A stretch of DNA of 64,000 nucleotides, from the NCBI RefSeq assembly GCF_023055435.1, contig NW_025963868.1:10602001-10666000 (forward strand). The letters are read 5' to 3'. This document shows, one piece after another, positions 25,489 through 39,157 of the stretch. Position numbers and translations under genes: made by a program. The notes below the pieces were generated by a model that worked only from the letters and a program-made list of their open reading frames with translations, had not been told where the DNA came from and made no database searches. This DNA is from Haliotis rufescens (Eukaryota). Every line of letters starts with the position of its first letter. Positions within the stretch are counted from its first letter, which is position 1.

Positions 25489-26811
25489 ATACTCTGCAGA
25501 AATATCTGAGAGATGCTGCCGATACCCATACAAAATTAACACCAAAAGTGAATTCGTCTTTTCTGCATGGATTGGGATTCATTTGTGTGGAAAGAATTAG
25601 GTACTGCAGAAATTTTGTGAAAAAATGGACCAATCTCAAAAAACATAACCACGTGAGTACCTGGCGCCGAAACACACCAACATAACATGCACGTGCAACA
25701 TCACTTATGGGGCTATAAAAACGTTTTATGTCTCGCCGTGCGGATGGTAGACGACGTGTTTAAAGACGTCATGGGGAACATTTTGAGCGAAATTGCATAA
25801 AGGAAGTTGACAGATTAGGCGATGGTAGTGTGCACATGTGGGCAGGCATCTCCTGGTAGAACAGACTTGGTGCATGTTACATAGATCAGATTCTTCGGTC
25901 ACTCGTCCTTCCCATTATTCAATTAGGCTGCATTTTCCAAGAAAACAATGCCCGACCTTACACGGCAAGCCTTTTTCAGGAATAACAACATCCAGGTCTT
26001 ATTCAACATTTAGTACTCCTTGAAGGAGGGGGTTTATGGTTGGCTTCCCATTATTCAATTAGGCTGCATTTTCCAAGAAAACAATGCCCGACCTTACACG
26101 GCAAGCCTTTTTCAGGAATAACAACATCCAGGTCTTGCCGGGGGATTCCTCAAAGTTAGGATATAACGACCAAACGTGAACGGTATATCGGTAGTGTAAC
26201 ACCACGCTGCTAAACACTATGTAATGCAAAGACATCAGTCATGCACAAGGAGTTGCCTTATATACCTTCTATATTTAGACCTTTCAACATTTAGTATTCC
26301 TTGAAGGAGGGGGTTTATGGTTGGCTTCCCATTATTCAATTAGGCTGCATTTTCCAAGAAAACAATGCCCGACCTTACACGGCAAGCCTTTTTCAGGAAT
26401 AACAACATCCAGGTCTTGCCATGGTTCGCCAGGTCTCCAGATTTAAACCCGATCGAACATTTATGGGACGCACTGGATCAACGACTGCGAGCACGTCAGC
26501 AACAACCACATAACCTACAACACTTGGCACAAGCAGTGCAGGAAGAGTGGGTTAACATTTCCCAGGCTGCTTCCATGGGCCGACGAAGTCAATCAGTTTT
26601 GGACTCTGATGGTGGCCATACAAGATATTAAGCACAGATGACCTTTACCTTGAAAAATCTACTGGTCCATGTGTGGCATATGGAACCTGGGTCAATGACA
26701 ATGACGTGTGTCAATTCTGAACAAACGATTACCATAATGTTAATTATGTATATGATATATAAGTTATACGTATAAAAAATCACTTTTGCGTTGTTGTTTT
26801 TGCAGAGTATA
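25489..26811 (+). mobile_element. Tc1 relic in the probable 5'UTR intron of the amine oxidase gene, with internal templated duplications
   Basis: TIR tactctgcagaaa / tttgcagagta; VLPWFARSPDLNPIEHLWDAL...GGHTRY. Confidence 0.8.
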
Positions 26812-27198
26812 TATGTGACGGCTAGTTTATTATGGTTTTGTTGGTAACTAACCTTTTCCAGAAGTCCAAACGTTTTAGCGCATAACTAATATGCATGAAT
26901 GTGTCGTACGTTAGCAAGCACTGACAGAAACATACCAATTATATCAATCCATAATTGCCATTGTCTCAGCCAATATTGTGCATTACTAAGTGATCTAAAT
27001 GTGCTAAAATTCCATTCATGCAAACCATGTCTTACAGAACACGAGAACAGTCTTATATATATAAAATGAGCAAGCTTGTATCGGGGGATTCCTCAAAGTT
27101 AGGATATAACGACCAAACGTGAACGGTATATCGGTAGTGTAACACCACGCTGCTAAACACTATGTAATGCAAAGACATCAGTCATGCACAAGGAGTTG

Positions 27199-27207
27199 CC
27201 TTATATA
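27199..27207 (-). promoter_or_regulatory. Candidate TATA box (TATATAAGG) for the amine oxidase gene
   Basis: Correct strand, 1.8 kb upstream of the 5'UTR acceptor; candidate donors at ~27035 and ~26933. Confidence 0.3.
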
Positions 27208-27421
27208 CCTTCTATATTTAGACCTTTCAACATTTAGTACTCCTTGAAGGAGGGGGTTTATGGTTGGCTACGTCAGGCGTGCCAGAAACCTGTGTTTGGT
27301 TTAAGCACTCCTCGGCTGTGGCTGAAAATGCAACTCGAGGTTTTACATTTTCAACCAAACTTAAGAAGGAGAGTGTTAACTTTTTAACCGTCCAAATGCA
27401 AGAAATAACAGAAAGAATAAA

Positions 27422-27686
27422 TGAGTGAGTGAGTTGGGTTTAACGCCGCTTAATCAGTATTCCAGTTATATCGCGGCGTGTCAGCTTAATGTGGGAGGAA
27501 AGCCAGAAGTGATGCAGGTCTCAGACGTTTACCACTTCGGTGAAACCCACGAGATTGGTATGTTGCTGACAAACCTAGAAGCATAATCGGGGCGAACCGG
27601 GATTCGAACCCACAATTATAGGTTTCTGGCGTGTCCAAGGGACGCAGCTGTGCACAGCGAATCGCGGCGCCTTAGACGACTGGTCC
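27422..27686 (-). mobile_element. SINE family A
   Basis: Family A sequence. Confidence 0.85.
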
Positions 27687-28381
27687 AATGACATCAAATG
27701 ACATCACTAATGGCTCTGCTACTGAAGCTGTTTGCCGTACCTTTTACACCGAAAACACTGAATATGTCTGTCCACAAACTGAAAAGGTTGGAAGATTGAT
27801 GTTGGATGATAAATAAAATCTCACCCTCGTGTCTTTTGATATCAAATATACCAACACACGTTGATAAAAGTTGAAAAACTCCTCGCCAAGCCTCAGAGTT
27901 TTTTCAATTTTATCAACTCGTGTTGATATATTTGATATCAAAAGAAACTCGGGTGAGATTCTATATTTATTCGAATGAGAGCCACTGGCCCATATACAGA
28001 TAAATTGCATACATACGTATAACACGTCTTTCATCATTTCAGTCGTTTTGTCCTCATCAAGCTAACATACCGTGATATAACTGGAAATACTGTTAACATC
28101 GGCGTTCAAACAGCTCATTCTCTAACTCAAACTTCTTTAAATAATGGCTTACCTTATATCCCGATCTCCCTCAACCCAATACAGCTGTGACAGTTAGGCG
28201 TGCCGTCATACACTAAACAGGTAGCCGACTTACATGTATAAAAGTGTAGCCGGATGAAACCGTTTTAAAAAACTGCGTTATCATTCCGCACACACAGGCG
28301 ACAAAGACATTTTTGTTCCCGCAGAATGCTCAGGTATGATTCACGCACCAGCCGAGCTTGTCTTGCCTACGGTCAGGTTCA

Positions 28382-29893
28382 TATACTGATCCGCAAAAGA
28401 AACGTCACCATGGATAGATATATGAGAAACCTTATTTGTCCAAACACTGTAAACATACTTTGAGACATATTAAAAAGATGAAACTTGGCAAAACTGATCA
28501 TCAAGGTTGAAATTAAAGTGTCCAATGTTCTTAAAGAGAAACACAACACTAGTCTTTGAGAAAATGACATCCCAAGTCAGTATCTCGTGTGTCCGTCATG
28601 TCTTTTGATGACTGCCGTGCAACGTCGATACATGGAATGGATGAGGCGGTTGATGAAGGGCATAGGCACTTGAGCCCACACGCTGAGGAACGCCTAACAC
28701 AGTTCAGCTGCAGTTGTCGGCCTCGGTCGGACGTCATTCAGCCGTCTTTGAATGCTCAATTGGATTTAAATCGGGACTGAGGGCAGGCCCCTGCATGGTT
28801 CTGATGCCATTCTCCTGGAAGAAGACTCTTTTTGTTCTCGCAGTGTGGGCACGGGCGTTATCATGCTGAAACTTGTGGTTGCGGCGACGTGCCAAATGAG
28901 GTATGGCGTGTGATCTTAAGACTTGATCAATGTAACGAGCTGCAGTGACACCATTGCCTCTCACTGGACCGATTTTCTTGAAGACCACAGGGCCGACCCT
29001 CTGTGCAAGACCAATTCTACCCAACACCATGATGCTCGGACCACCCCACGTGTCTCTCTCAACAACACAAGTATCCGAAGAACGTTTCCCACGGCATCGC
29101 CAGACTCTCTCTCTCTCTGCCATCTGCTATTGAGTTACAGTAACGGCTCTCGTCTGAGAAGAGGACTCTTCTCCACTGCTGGTGGCGCCAATGCTGGTGC
29201 TTTGTTGCCCACTGAAGACGGTCCCGGCGATGACGTAGTGTTAGAATGGGTCCTCGGTGTGGCCTGTGTGGTGGAGGTGTATGCTCGTCAATCGTCGACG
29301 CACGGTATCCGCACTAATGTGTCGTTGGTGTGTCCTCGTGGTCTTTCGAGCAGTTTCCGCAGCGGGAGCAAAGCGATCTTGAAGATCCTGACGTCGGGTG
29401 GTGACCCTTGGTCTTTCACTACGTGGTCGTTCATCTGTAGTGTTGGTGGTCTGGTACCGTTGCTGGAGCTTGTATATGGTCCTTACGTGGACTTGAAATG
29501 CATTGGCTACTTGCTGGGCGGTTTGTCCAGCTTGCAATCACCCAAGGGCTTGGTGTCGCTGATTTCTTGTCAATCTTGGCATGTGGTAGCAATTCAATAA
29601 CGAATGAATGTTATCCGATCTAGGTGGATTTTTGTAGGGCAAGAAATAGGGGAACGCATGTGCATTTTAGATTGCACGGAACTCACGTGCATCGGGTTAC
29701 CATGGCCATTGCCGTGATGCGTTTGGGCGATCGGTTTTATTGTCATCCCCTTTGTTTTTTTATCATCAAATTTCATTTTTCCGGACAAGGTAACGTTAAA
29801 TTTTAGAAACTTTGACAAAAACTACCCAGATATTTAAATGACAACATTTCATGCAATGTTACCTGGGGTGTAGTTTCTTTTGCGGTTCAGTTT
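28382..29893 (-). mobile_element. Near full-length degenerate Tc1 element
   Basis: TIRs tactgatccgcaaaaagaaac / gtttcttttgcggttcagt; HTH (QVANAFQVHVRTIYKL), GGPSIMV, FQHDNARAHTA, SPDLNPIEH. Confidence 0.9.
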
Positions 29894-32058
29894 ATCAGAT
29901 GGAATATTGCTAAACGGGGCGTGAAGCACCACAAACCCAAATATTCTTTTCTCAAATTGTTAACATTGTCATATCAACCACATGTTCTAGTAACGCACTG
30001 AAATAATGAACCACTTATTCACTTAATTCACAAACGACCCAGATTTTGGAGCGTAAGCTGGCCTAACAACTATGTGAAGATTATTAATAGATAGCTATAA
30101 TGTCTACATCCTTGAGTAGTGCAAAGAAATAGTGCATGACCGGTGACACACTTTATTCATCTTACATTCGGCAGCCACGTGGATGCCCTCTATCTCTGTG
30201 CATCAGAGAAAGCAAAAGACACATAATACACGCGCTAGCATTACTATCGCCCGGACGACTGCACACTTCACTGCACAATCTCAAGGTCATTAAGGTTTTT
30301 AGACTGTCGGATAGTTGTTCGCTTGTCGTTTAATGCCCAATTTCCGAAGACTACTTTATCCAGATACATATTAAACGTATGCCTCATATTAACCCAGCTG
30401 GAGAATGGACCATGTCCTTCATAGTAAACCTTCGATTCCCGACATGGGTACAATGTGTGAAGCCCATTTCTGGTGTCCCCCGCCGTGATATTGCTGGAAT
30501 ATTGCTAAAAGCGACGTAAAACCATACTCACTCACTCACTCATAGTAACCCAGGTACCCATGGAACACATCCATGATTGTAACTAAGATTCATTCGTCGT
30601 AATAACTCGGGGAAACGGCTTGTCTGAAGCCCCGAAATTCGTTGCACAGGGTTGCGTCGTGGTTGCGTTCTGGAAACCTATGATCGAGGGATCGAGTCTC
30701 AGATACGCCCACATTATTTTTCTAGTTTTGTCAAAACAATGACCGCGCTCGTCGTGGCTGACACGAGGTTATGCTTCTGACTCACTTTTAAAAGATCCGG
30801 TGAACCAAAGTCACCCACTCCGTCCATCGAATCAATGTCACCACCATAACAAATGGGTATTCGGAACATTACTTAATATTTTAGAAGTATATGCAGTCTT
30901 ATGTGGCAGTGTAATTTAATATATTTAACAATATTGTAATTGCATGACATTGTTTCTGTTAGATTCAGTAGGGGTTCCTAATCATTGTGTTTTAACAATA
31001 ATTAGTTGTCAAGAATGTATTCTGATATGTGCTGTTTGTTTCTCACCGAATTCTGTTGCGAGGAGATTTCTGGCTTAACATATTGATTCCATTTTGAAGT
31101 CGACACGTAATAAAATGCATTCCCGAAATTGCCGAAAACAGCTCATGCGTTGAGGTTGACAGCCTGTTTTCAATGTCTGTCCCCTGAAAGAGACCCTGCG
31201 GCACAGGCCATGGACTGCAAATAACGTGAAGCTAAAATACGAAGTTTTACAAAACGGACAAAGAGGCTACAACAACCCGCGAGCTTAACATGATTCGAAA
31301 ATGAATAGAGCACTCCATTATGTAAAAAACGCTTCACAAAATGCAATGTCACCAAACCTGGTTAAGTGTGAAATGAGCTCTCTGTAGATACAATGACACC
31401 TTGGTACACTCCAGTACCAGCAATACTCTTTATGACCGTCAAATAAAGGTACCATGGCGGTATTCGCGTTAGAATAAATCCTTTCTCACCTATACTTGTC
31501 GTAAGAGTCGAGAAAATGGATTTGACAATCGGGCTCGATGAATTTGTTGATTCAGGGTACACTGACGGCGTTGGACGTTTGTCATTATATTTTTTATTTG
31601 CACATTGCCGTGATATAGCTGGAGTGCTTTTAACTGACATTTTGAAGACAAACAAACCAATTAGAACTACAGTAGTCGTGTTTAGAACCGGCAAACGATC
31701 GGTTGATACAATGGGCAATGCCCCATGCAAACAACACATGACACCAAATCCAGTAAGTCGTCTTTTACGACAAGGATAAGTTACTCGGGATCCTTTCCCC
31801 GCGAAATGGTTCAATCAAGTACCAAGTTGGAAACCCGTGTATTCTGAACATGTGTGGATTCTGGGCACCTTAAAACTCATCAATTAATCTGGCAGTAAAA
31901 TGTGACTTTTTGTTGCACTTAATATTTCCTTCCTTTAGGACCGCCTTCGTGGTCTAGTGGATAGAGCGGAAGGTCGGGGTTCGATCCCTGGACGCGTCAT
32001 ACCAAAAGACGTTAAAAGAGTGCCTAGCGCTCGGCAATGAGAGGTTATCCAATGAGGG

Positions 32059-33876
32059 GTTATTCACAGTTATCCCGATACCGATGGAACACATTGTTTA
32101 GAGTTATCAAGGTACTGGTGAAACACATTCTTCACGGTTATCCCGATACCGATGGAACACATTGTTTAGAGTTATCCAGGTACTGGTGGAACACATTCTT
32201 CACGGTTATCCAGATACTGATGGAACACTTTCTTCACGGTCATCCAGATACTGATGGAACACATTCTTCACTGTTATTCAGATTACTGATGGAACACATT
32301 GTTCACAGTTATCCAGGTACTGATGGAACACATTCTTCACGGTTACCCAGGTACTGGTGGAACACATTCTTCGCAGTTATCCAGGTACTGATGGAACTCA
32401 TTCTTCACGGTTATTCAGATTACTGATGGAACACATCCTTCACAGTTATCCAGGTACTGATGGAACACATTCTTCGCGGTTATCCTGATACTGGTGGAAC
32501 ACATTCTTCACAGTTATCCAGGAACTGATGGAACACATTCTTCACGGTTATTCAGATTACTGATGGAACACATCCTTCACGGTTATCAAGGTACTGATGG
32601 AACACATCCTTCACGGTTATCAAGATACTGACGGAACACATCCTTCACGGTTATCCAGATACTGATGGAACACATCCTTCACGGTTATCCAGATACTGAT
32701 GGAGCACATTCTTCACAGTTATCCAGATACTGATGGAACACATTCTTCACGGTTATCCAGATACTGATGGAACACATCCTTCACGGTTATCCAGGTACTG
32801 ATGGAACACATCCTTCACGGTTATCCAGGTACTGATGGAACACATCCTTCACAGTTATCCAGCTACTGATGGAACACATCCTTCAAAGTTATCCAGGTAC
32901 TGATGGAACACATCCTTCACGGTTATCCAGATACTGATGGAACACATCCTTCACGGTTATCCAGATACTGATGGAACACATCCTTCACGGTTATCTACAT
33001 ACAGAAGGAACACATCCTTCACGGTTATCCAGATACTGATGGAACACATCCTTCACAGTTATCCAGCTACTGATGGAACACATCCTTCAAAGTTATCCAG
33101 GTACTGATGGAACACATCCTTCACGGTTATCAAGATACTGATGGAACACATCCTTCACGGTTATCTAGATACTGATGGAACACATTCTTCACGGTTATCT
33201 AGATACTGATGGAACACATTCTTCACAGTTATCCAGATACTGATGGAACACATTCTTCACAGTTATCCAGATACTGATGGAACACATTCTTCACGGTTAT
33301 CCAGATACTGATGGAACACATTCTTCACAGTTATCTAGATACTGATGGAACACATTCTTCACAGTTATCCAGATACTGATGGAACACATTCTTCACAGTT
33401 ATCCAGATATTGATGGAACACATCCTTCACGGTTATCTAGATACTGATGGAACACATTCTTCACGGTTATCTAGATACTGATGGAACACATTCTTCACAG
33501 TTATCCAGGTACTGATGGAACACATCCTTCACGGTTATCAAGATACTGATGGAACACATTCTTCACAGTTATCCAGGTACTGATGGAACACATTCTTCAC
33601 AGTTATCCGGATACTGATGGAACACATCCTTCAAAGTTATCCAGGTACTGATGGAACACATTCTTCACAGTTATCCAGGTACTGATGGAACACATCCTTC
33701 ACGGTTATCAAGATACTGATGGAACACATTCTTCACAGTTATCCAGGTACTGATGGAACACATTCTTCACAGTTATCCAGGTACTGATGGAACACATCCT
33801 TCACGGTTATCAATATACTGATGGAACACATTCTTCACAGTTATCCAGGTACTGATGGAACACATCCTTCACAGTA
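32059..33876. repeat. 34-bp minisatellite, ~53 copies
   Basis: Unit GGTTATCCAGATACTGATGGAACACATYCTTCAC, head-to-tail with no spacers. Confidence 0.97.
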
Positions 33877-33956
33877 ACACATCTGTCGAAGTAACGCGGG
33901 GCACGACTTGTCTAAGGCGCCGATATTTGTTATGACTTCAGTTACCTTTCGAATGT

Positions 33957-35403
33957 TCTGAACAACAAACGTTCCTGTGACATTGAATAAGATTTAATGC
34001 AAAGTTATGTTTTTTACCAAATCTGAAACAATTTCTATTGTAACAGATAAAAGACTCCTGTAGGTGTTCAAATGGTTTAATTTACCATACTGACTTCAGA
34101 AAATGCGTGATTTCATAAAACAAAACATGAACATGCCAAAATGTCAATTTACAAATCAATAGCGAATGTGTCCACCTCTGGTTGCGATGCAAGCAACACA
34201 TCTTCGTCTCATGGAATGGACCAGGCGTCGCACAAAGTCCTGTGGGTTATCTGTCCATATCTTCTGGAGCATGTTTCGAAGTTCCTAGAGTGTCTGTGGA
34301 ACACGTGGTTGACGTCGAAGGCGCCAATCCATCTCATCCCACATGTGCTCGATTTGTTAGAGATCAGGGGAGCGAGCCGGCCAGGAGATAACATTCACGT
34401 TGTTTTGTTGAAGAGAATCCTTAACAAGTCGAGCAATATGAGGCCGGGAGTTGTCATGTTGAAAGGTTATGCCTGGGCCATGACGACGCAAAAACGGTAG
34501 CACAACAGGGCCGACGATCTCGTAGCGGTAGCGCTGTCCATTGAGATTTCCATCTACCACTATCAAACGGGTCCTCTGTCTTGCTGTAATCCCACCCCAT
34601 ACCATAACGCTGCCGCCCCCGAACCGATCTTCTTCCATGGCACAATTATTGACGTTACGTTCACCTCAACGTCGGTACACTCGAATCCGTCCATCGCTGT
34701 GGCTGAGGTGAAAACGAGACGTCCAGCGTAGACGTTGTCTGCACCACGGTAGACGTGCTTGACGGTGGTTTCCTGTCAAAATGGGACGTCTGGCGGGTCT
34801 TCTGGCTACAATCCCTGCACATCTAAGGCGGCGACGTACGGTTTGTGAAGATATTCGTCGAAGGCTAGGGATGTTTCTTGCAGTCACTGTTGCTGGCTGG
34901 AATCGATTTCGTAGGTGTGTTGTTCGAATCCAGTTGTCTTGTCGATTATTGGTTACGCGTGGCCTGCCACTCCGAGTATGGCCTCTGACTGCATTCGTCT
35001 GTGGCCGACGTTGCAATAAACACTAAATGGTGTTTCTGTGGACGTTAAATTGTCTTGCAACATCACGTTGACTCGATCCTGCTTCAAGCATACCAATTTT
35101 CGGACAGGCGTGGCATTTCGTAATGTTGAATAATTGCGTCATTTTGTTGTTTTGCTGAGTGGTTGTTGTCAGCACGATGCTAAACAATGCATATGGAATA
35201 CCGCTCGCAACCAGAGGTGGACACACACGGTATTGATTTGTAAATAATATTATTGACAATTTGGCATATTGGCGAATTAAACCATTTGATTACTTACAGG
35301 AGTCATCTATCTATTGCAAACCGAAATTGTTTTAGAATTGGTAAAAAACATAACTTTGCATTAAATCTTATTCAATGTCACAGGAACTTATGTTGTTCAG
35401 TAT
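33957..35403 (-). mobile_element. Tc1 element with long (~130 bp) TIRs
   Basis: 33957-34090 is the inverted copy of 35265-35403; frameshifted transposase (RDVARQFNVHRNTI, RSGRPRVT, FGGGSVMVWGG, FQHDNSRPH, WPARSPDL). Confidence 0.9.
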
Positions 35404-37599
35404 AGTTCAGAAGGCACAAAACTTGCTTGAAGTTTAAAACAAATTCCCAACCTCTATGGTGAGATGCTCTAGTTATTGCGATAAGGAGAACCCAGTAACA
35501 ATCCAAGTGAACAGTATTCAATCAAAACGATATAAGCTGAACCGATGTTATGCAAAGTAATCATATAATACGACTAAACTGATAGTTGTTAATATTCAGG
35601 CCGTTGCAACATAATGACGATATCAGTTGGCATACTCGTGGTATTTGAAGTATTTGAAGTGATATGTTCATACTTCACAATGAAGTGTTATTTTGCAGAT
35701 TATATTTTACTGAAGTTGTGGAAGGGACAGGACGTCGTTCTGAAGCCTTGTTATTAAACAGAAGCTGATAACCCTCGAGCTTACTCAGCTCTGTTGTAAA
35801 GGAGATGCGGGGTACGCTACAAAACATTCAAAAGGAACCCTGTCAGCGTCATACCGACGCGACAGGGAACAAACCATGCATGTCAGTTTCTGAGCAGTGT
35901 TACCTATTCACCACGACTGCTGTCATTGTGTATGGGTGAGCAGTGTTTTTTGCTTGTAATTGTAAGATTTTTTAACAGGTTGCCAAGTACAAAGACTCTG
36001 TCAGACACTGTACATATAGAGGTCAATTATATTGTTTATTTGGATCTTTCTTATGTATGTCAGTGAATCTCCTGTACGTACTCATAGGCTATTTGGGAGA
36101 CGTCCGTTCGTGGGAACACCACTCAAAATGAAGGATGTGAGGTGATATGGGGTTAAACGTCGCGTCAAAGATTATTGAACTGATATAGTGATGTGCAAGT
36201 ACGTGTGTGTGTGTGTGTGTGTGTGTCTGCTTGTACTAGTCCGGAATAATACCGATTTATAGTGCTCGCCCACTGCGATACCATGCTGCAGTTTAACATG
36301 AATACCCCACTGAATCCGAGCTGACCAGTCCGTATTTCAGCGCCAGACAGGGTAACAAGTACAATCTTTCAACGTCTTTTGGTACAACGCGGCCGGGCAT
36401 CGAACTCCGAACCTTCCGCTCTCCGTGTGAACGCTCTACCACAGAGGAGGTCTCCAAATGAACGAAAGACTTCCGCCCGTATCCCCCCTTCAAAAGTTAA
36501 ATATCTTTACATACAGCGTGTAGGGGATCGGGCGGAGGTCTTACCCAAATGAATACTACGCACAATAATACGAGACATCGCTGGCGTTAGTTTCAGAGGT
36601 ACTTATTGTTTTCTAATATCGCAATTTACAAAAACGTTGAACCTTACTACCTCTTGGGATAGTAAAATAGTGAACCTTTTGAGCCATTACAATTGTGCTC
36701 ACTGGATATTAGATAGGGGTGTTAAACGATGTGTTGTGTATATATTTAAAACGTTTACTTCAGGATGACGCAGTTAATTGGCACACTCTGCTTTGAAATG
36801 ATAAGGGTAATGTACATGTAAATAAGTTACTTACAGAAAATAAAACTGTTCATCGCTGTAAATTTCTATGTCAAACAATGTTAAGTATAGAAACCATCGC
36901 CACACTGTATCCATGTTTACCTTTGTTTGTTGAGACAGATAGATATTTATAACCTTCTATACCACTATCGGAGAGGTTATGTGAATATTGTGATTGCGGT
37001 CTTCTGGAAGATGAACGTCACTTTCTACTCTTTTCAATGGTCTTCTTTTTCTGAAATAACTTAAAATAACATATTGCTTGTTCATCCGCAGCTGTAGTAC
37101 AGAACTAAGGCATATTGCTTATTGACTATACTATGACATGTTATATTTGGTCATTGCATATAATAAATACCTTCAATTCTCTTTTATTCTTCTGTATCTT
37201 ATTTTACAGGTGCAAGTCAACCATGTTTCTGAAGATGTCAGCTGATTACCCCTCCAATCACTGGTGCATAACTTTGTTTTGATGCGAAACAAACTGTACC
37301 ATAACTTTATTGTTGAATCCGGCCGAATTAGTTTAAATGCTTAAATATTTGACTGTCAATGAAAGGTATCATTGATTAGACTTCTAATATATATTATGTT
37401 CATTTCAATAAAATGCATAAATGTTGATAAGCGACCATATTTGTGTACTACTGCGGCTTGTTTGCCAATTTTCAGATTTATTTTCGAAAGAAATTTGTAT
37501 AAAACAAACTATTGTGATATAAGTGGAAATACGTCTCGGGTGAGTGAGCCCTGGTTGCTTTATTTACTTATAATACAGGCGAGGCAAAGGCAAAGCATT

Positions 37600-38370
37600 G
37601 AAGACACCAGCTGACTTGAATGCCAAGATGTTATTCAAAATGTCAACAAAAGTTTGGTCCAACTGAGCTAGCGTTGCCGACTGCCGTACAGCAATGTTAT
37701 GCTGCCTCAAAAGTCAATTACAAGACGTACAATACTAGTATGTGTGCGGGCATTATCCTACTGCAACGTGAGTTTACGCCCCTGTTTACCCCTGCATTTG
37801 AACAAAGTGTAGAACATGATCTCGAACGATGTCGTCCCGGTTGCGTACCCCATTCAAATTGTCACCAACAAGGATGAGTTGTGTTCTCCCATGAGTTGCG
37901 AGGGAGTGAGTTTGGTTTAACGCCGCTTTTAACAGTTTTCCAGTTATATCACGGCGTGTCAGCTTAATGTGGGAGGAAAGACCGAAGTGATGCAGGTCTC
38001 AGACGTTTACCTCTTCGGTGAAACCAACGAGCACGGGTATGGTGATGACAAACCTAGAAACATAATTGGGGCGAACCGGGATTCGAACCCATAATCATAG
38101 GTTTCTGGCGTGCCCAAGGGACGTAACTCTGCACAGCGAATCGCGGCGCCCTAGGCGACCGTGCCCCCCGACACACACACACACACATGAGTTCTGATGT
38201 CACCCCATACCATTACCCTTCCACCCCCAAACTGACACCGTTGAATTACGCGAGCGTCGCGAAAACCTCCTTAACGCCTGTAGACCCTTGCACGACCACC
38301 AGCATACCCAAACACGTTCAAATTGTGAATCGCACCCATGAAGTTGAGGAGATGTCTTCATGAATATGTA
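37600..38370 (-). mobile_element. Tc1 transposase fragment split by a SINE A
   Basis: QFGGGRVMVWG (~38200-38250) and LQ*DNARTHT (~37730-37770). Confidence 0.65.
37903..38169 (-). mobile_element. SINE family A inserted in a Tc1 relic
   Basis: Family A sequence with Tc1 coding remnants on both sides. Confidence 0.85.
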
Positions 38371-38479
38371 TTGAAAGGTGCATTTCAGATGATTTATTTT
38401 TATTGAACTTCTAATGCAACACAGTTACTGTTTCCCATTAATATATATTCCAGCCTCCAAGAAAGAACATTAAATGGTC

Positions 38480-38720
38480 GTTGATAAGTCGCAGAACCTC
38501 TTACATTTTCTGAATGCCAGGTTTTAAATGGGATTCTAAAGTGCACATGGTCCATTGTGGTTCTCTCTCCCAGGAACTCCAGTTGACAGTCCTCGGTCGG
38601 GTATTCGTCAACTTCATCTCTGAATACGACAAAGGCATACGTCTCACGCGGATCTTGAATTTCCTTACTTGACCACAAAAATGGTGAATTTTGTGAATGT
38701 TGTCCAAAGCTTCCCTGGAA
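38480..38720 (-). pseudogene. Orphan/degenerate S2-domain exon of a paralogous ionotropic receptor
   Basis: RETYAFVVFRDEVDEYPTEDCQLEFLGERTTMDHVHFRIP aligns with REKYAILEYRSSLHNLMADDCQLELLGERLMFTQLAFGLP of exon 44241-43982. Confidence 0.65.
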
Positions 38721-38989
38721 TACGTGAATGAAAGCTTCTCTGTTAAAGAGACAATTAATTCGTTGAAAATAATGGTTCCAAAGGTCATTCAACTGAAACA
38801 ATGATTGCATAATTCAAAAGAGGTAAATCAAGTACATATAAAATATGTTTTTACATAGATAACGCACTGATACTGACGTTTGTTTTATTAAAGATTATAT
38901 TTTTGTTCATGCAAACACGTACCACTACAACACATCCATGAGACCAGATTGTTCACATGTTACACTTACATTAGGAACTGACCGCTGGA

Positions 38990-39157
38990 TGTGGCGTGGC
39001 GTGGCGTGGCGTGGCGTGGCGAGGCGTGGCGTGGCGTGGCGTGGCGTGGCGTGCGGTGCGGTGCGGTGCGTGGCGTGGAGTGGCGTGGCGTGGCGTGGCG
39101 TGGCGTGGCGTGGCGTGCGTTGCGGTGCGGTGCGGTGCGGTGCGGTGCGGTGCGGTG
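38990..39157. repeat. Compound (GTGGC)n/(GTGCG)n pentanucleotide microsatellite
   Basis: Directly visible. Confidence 0.95.

Noticed and set aside
28923-29600. 225-aa plus-strand ORF
   Set aside because: Antisense shadow of the Tc1 transposase relic.
32059-33876. CRISPR array or tandem hammerhead ribozymes
   Set aside because: Units are head-to-tail with no unique spacers, there are no cas genes, and the context is eukaryotic. The unit has CTGATGG, not the CUGANGA...GAAA core.
35690-37260. Possible plus-strand exons (acceptor-like sites at ~35698 and ~37209)
   Set aside because: No sustained ORF or recognisable domain; cannot be supported without RNA data.
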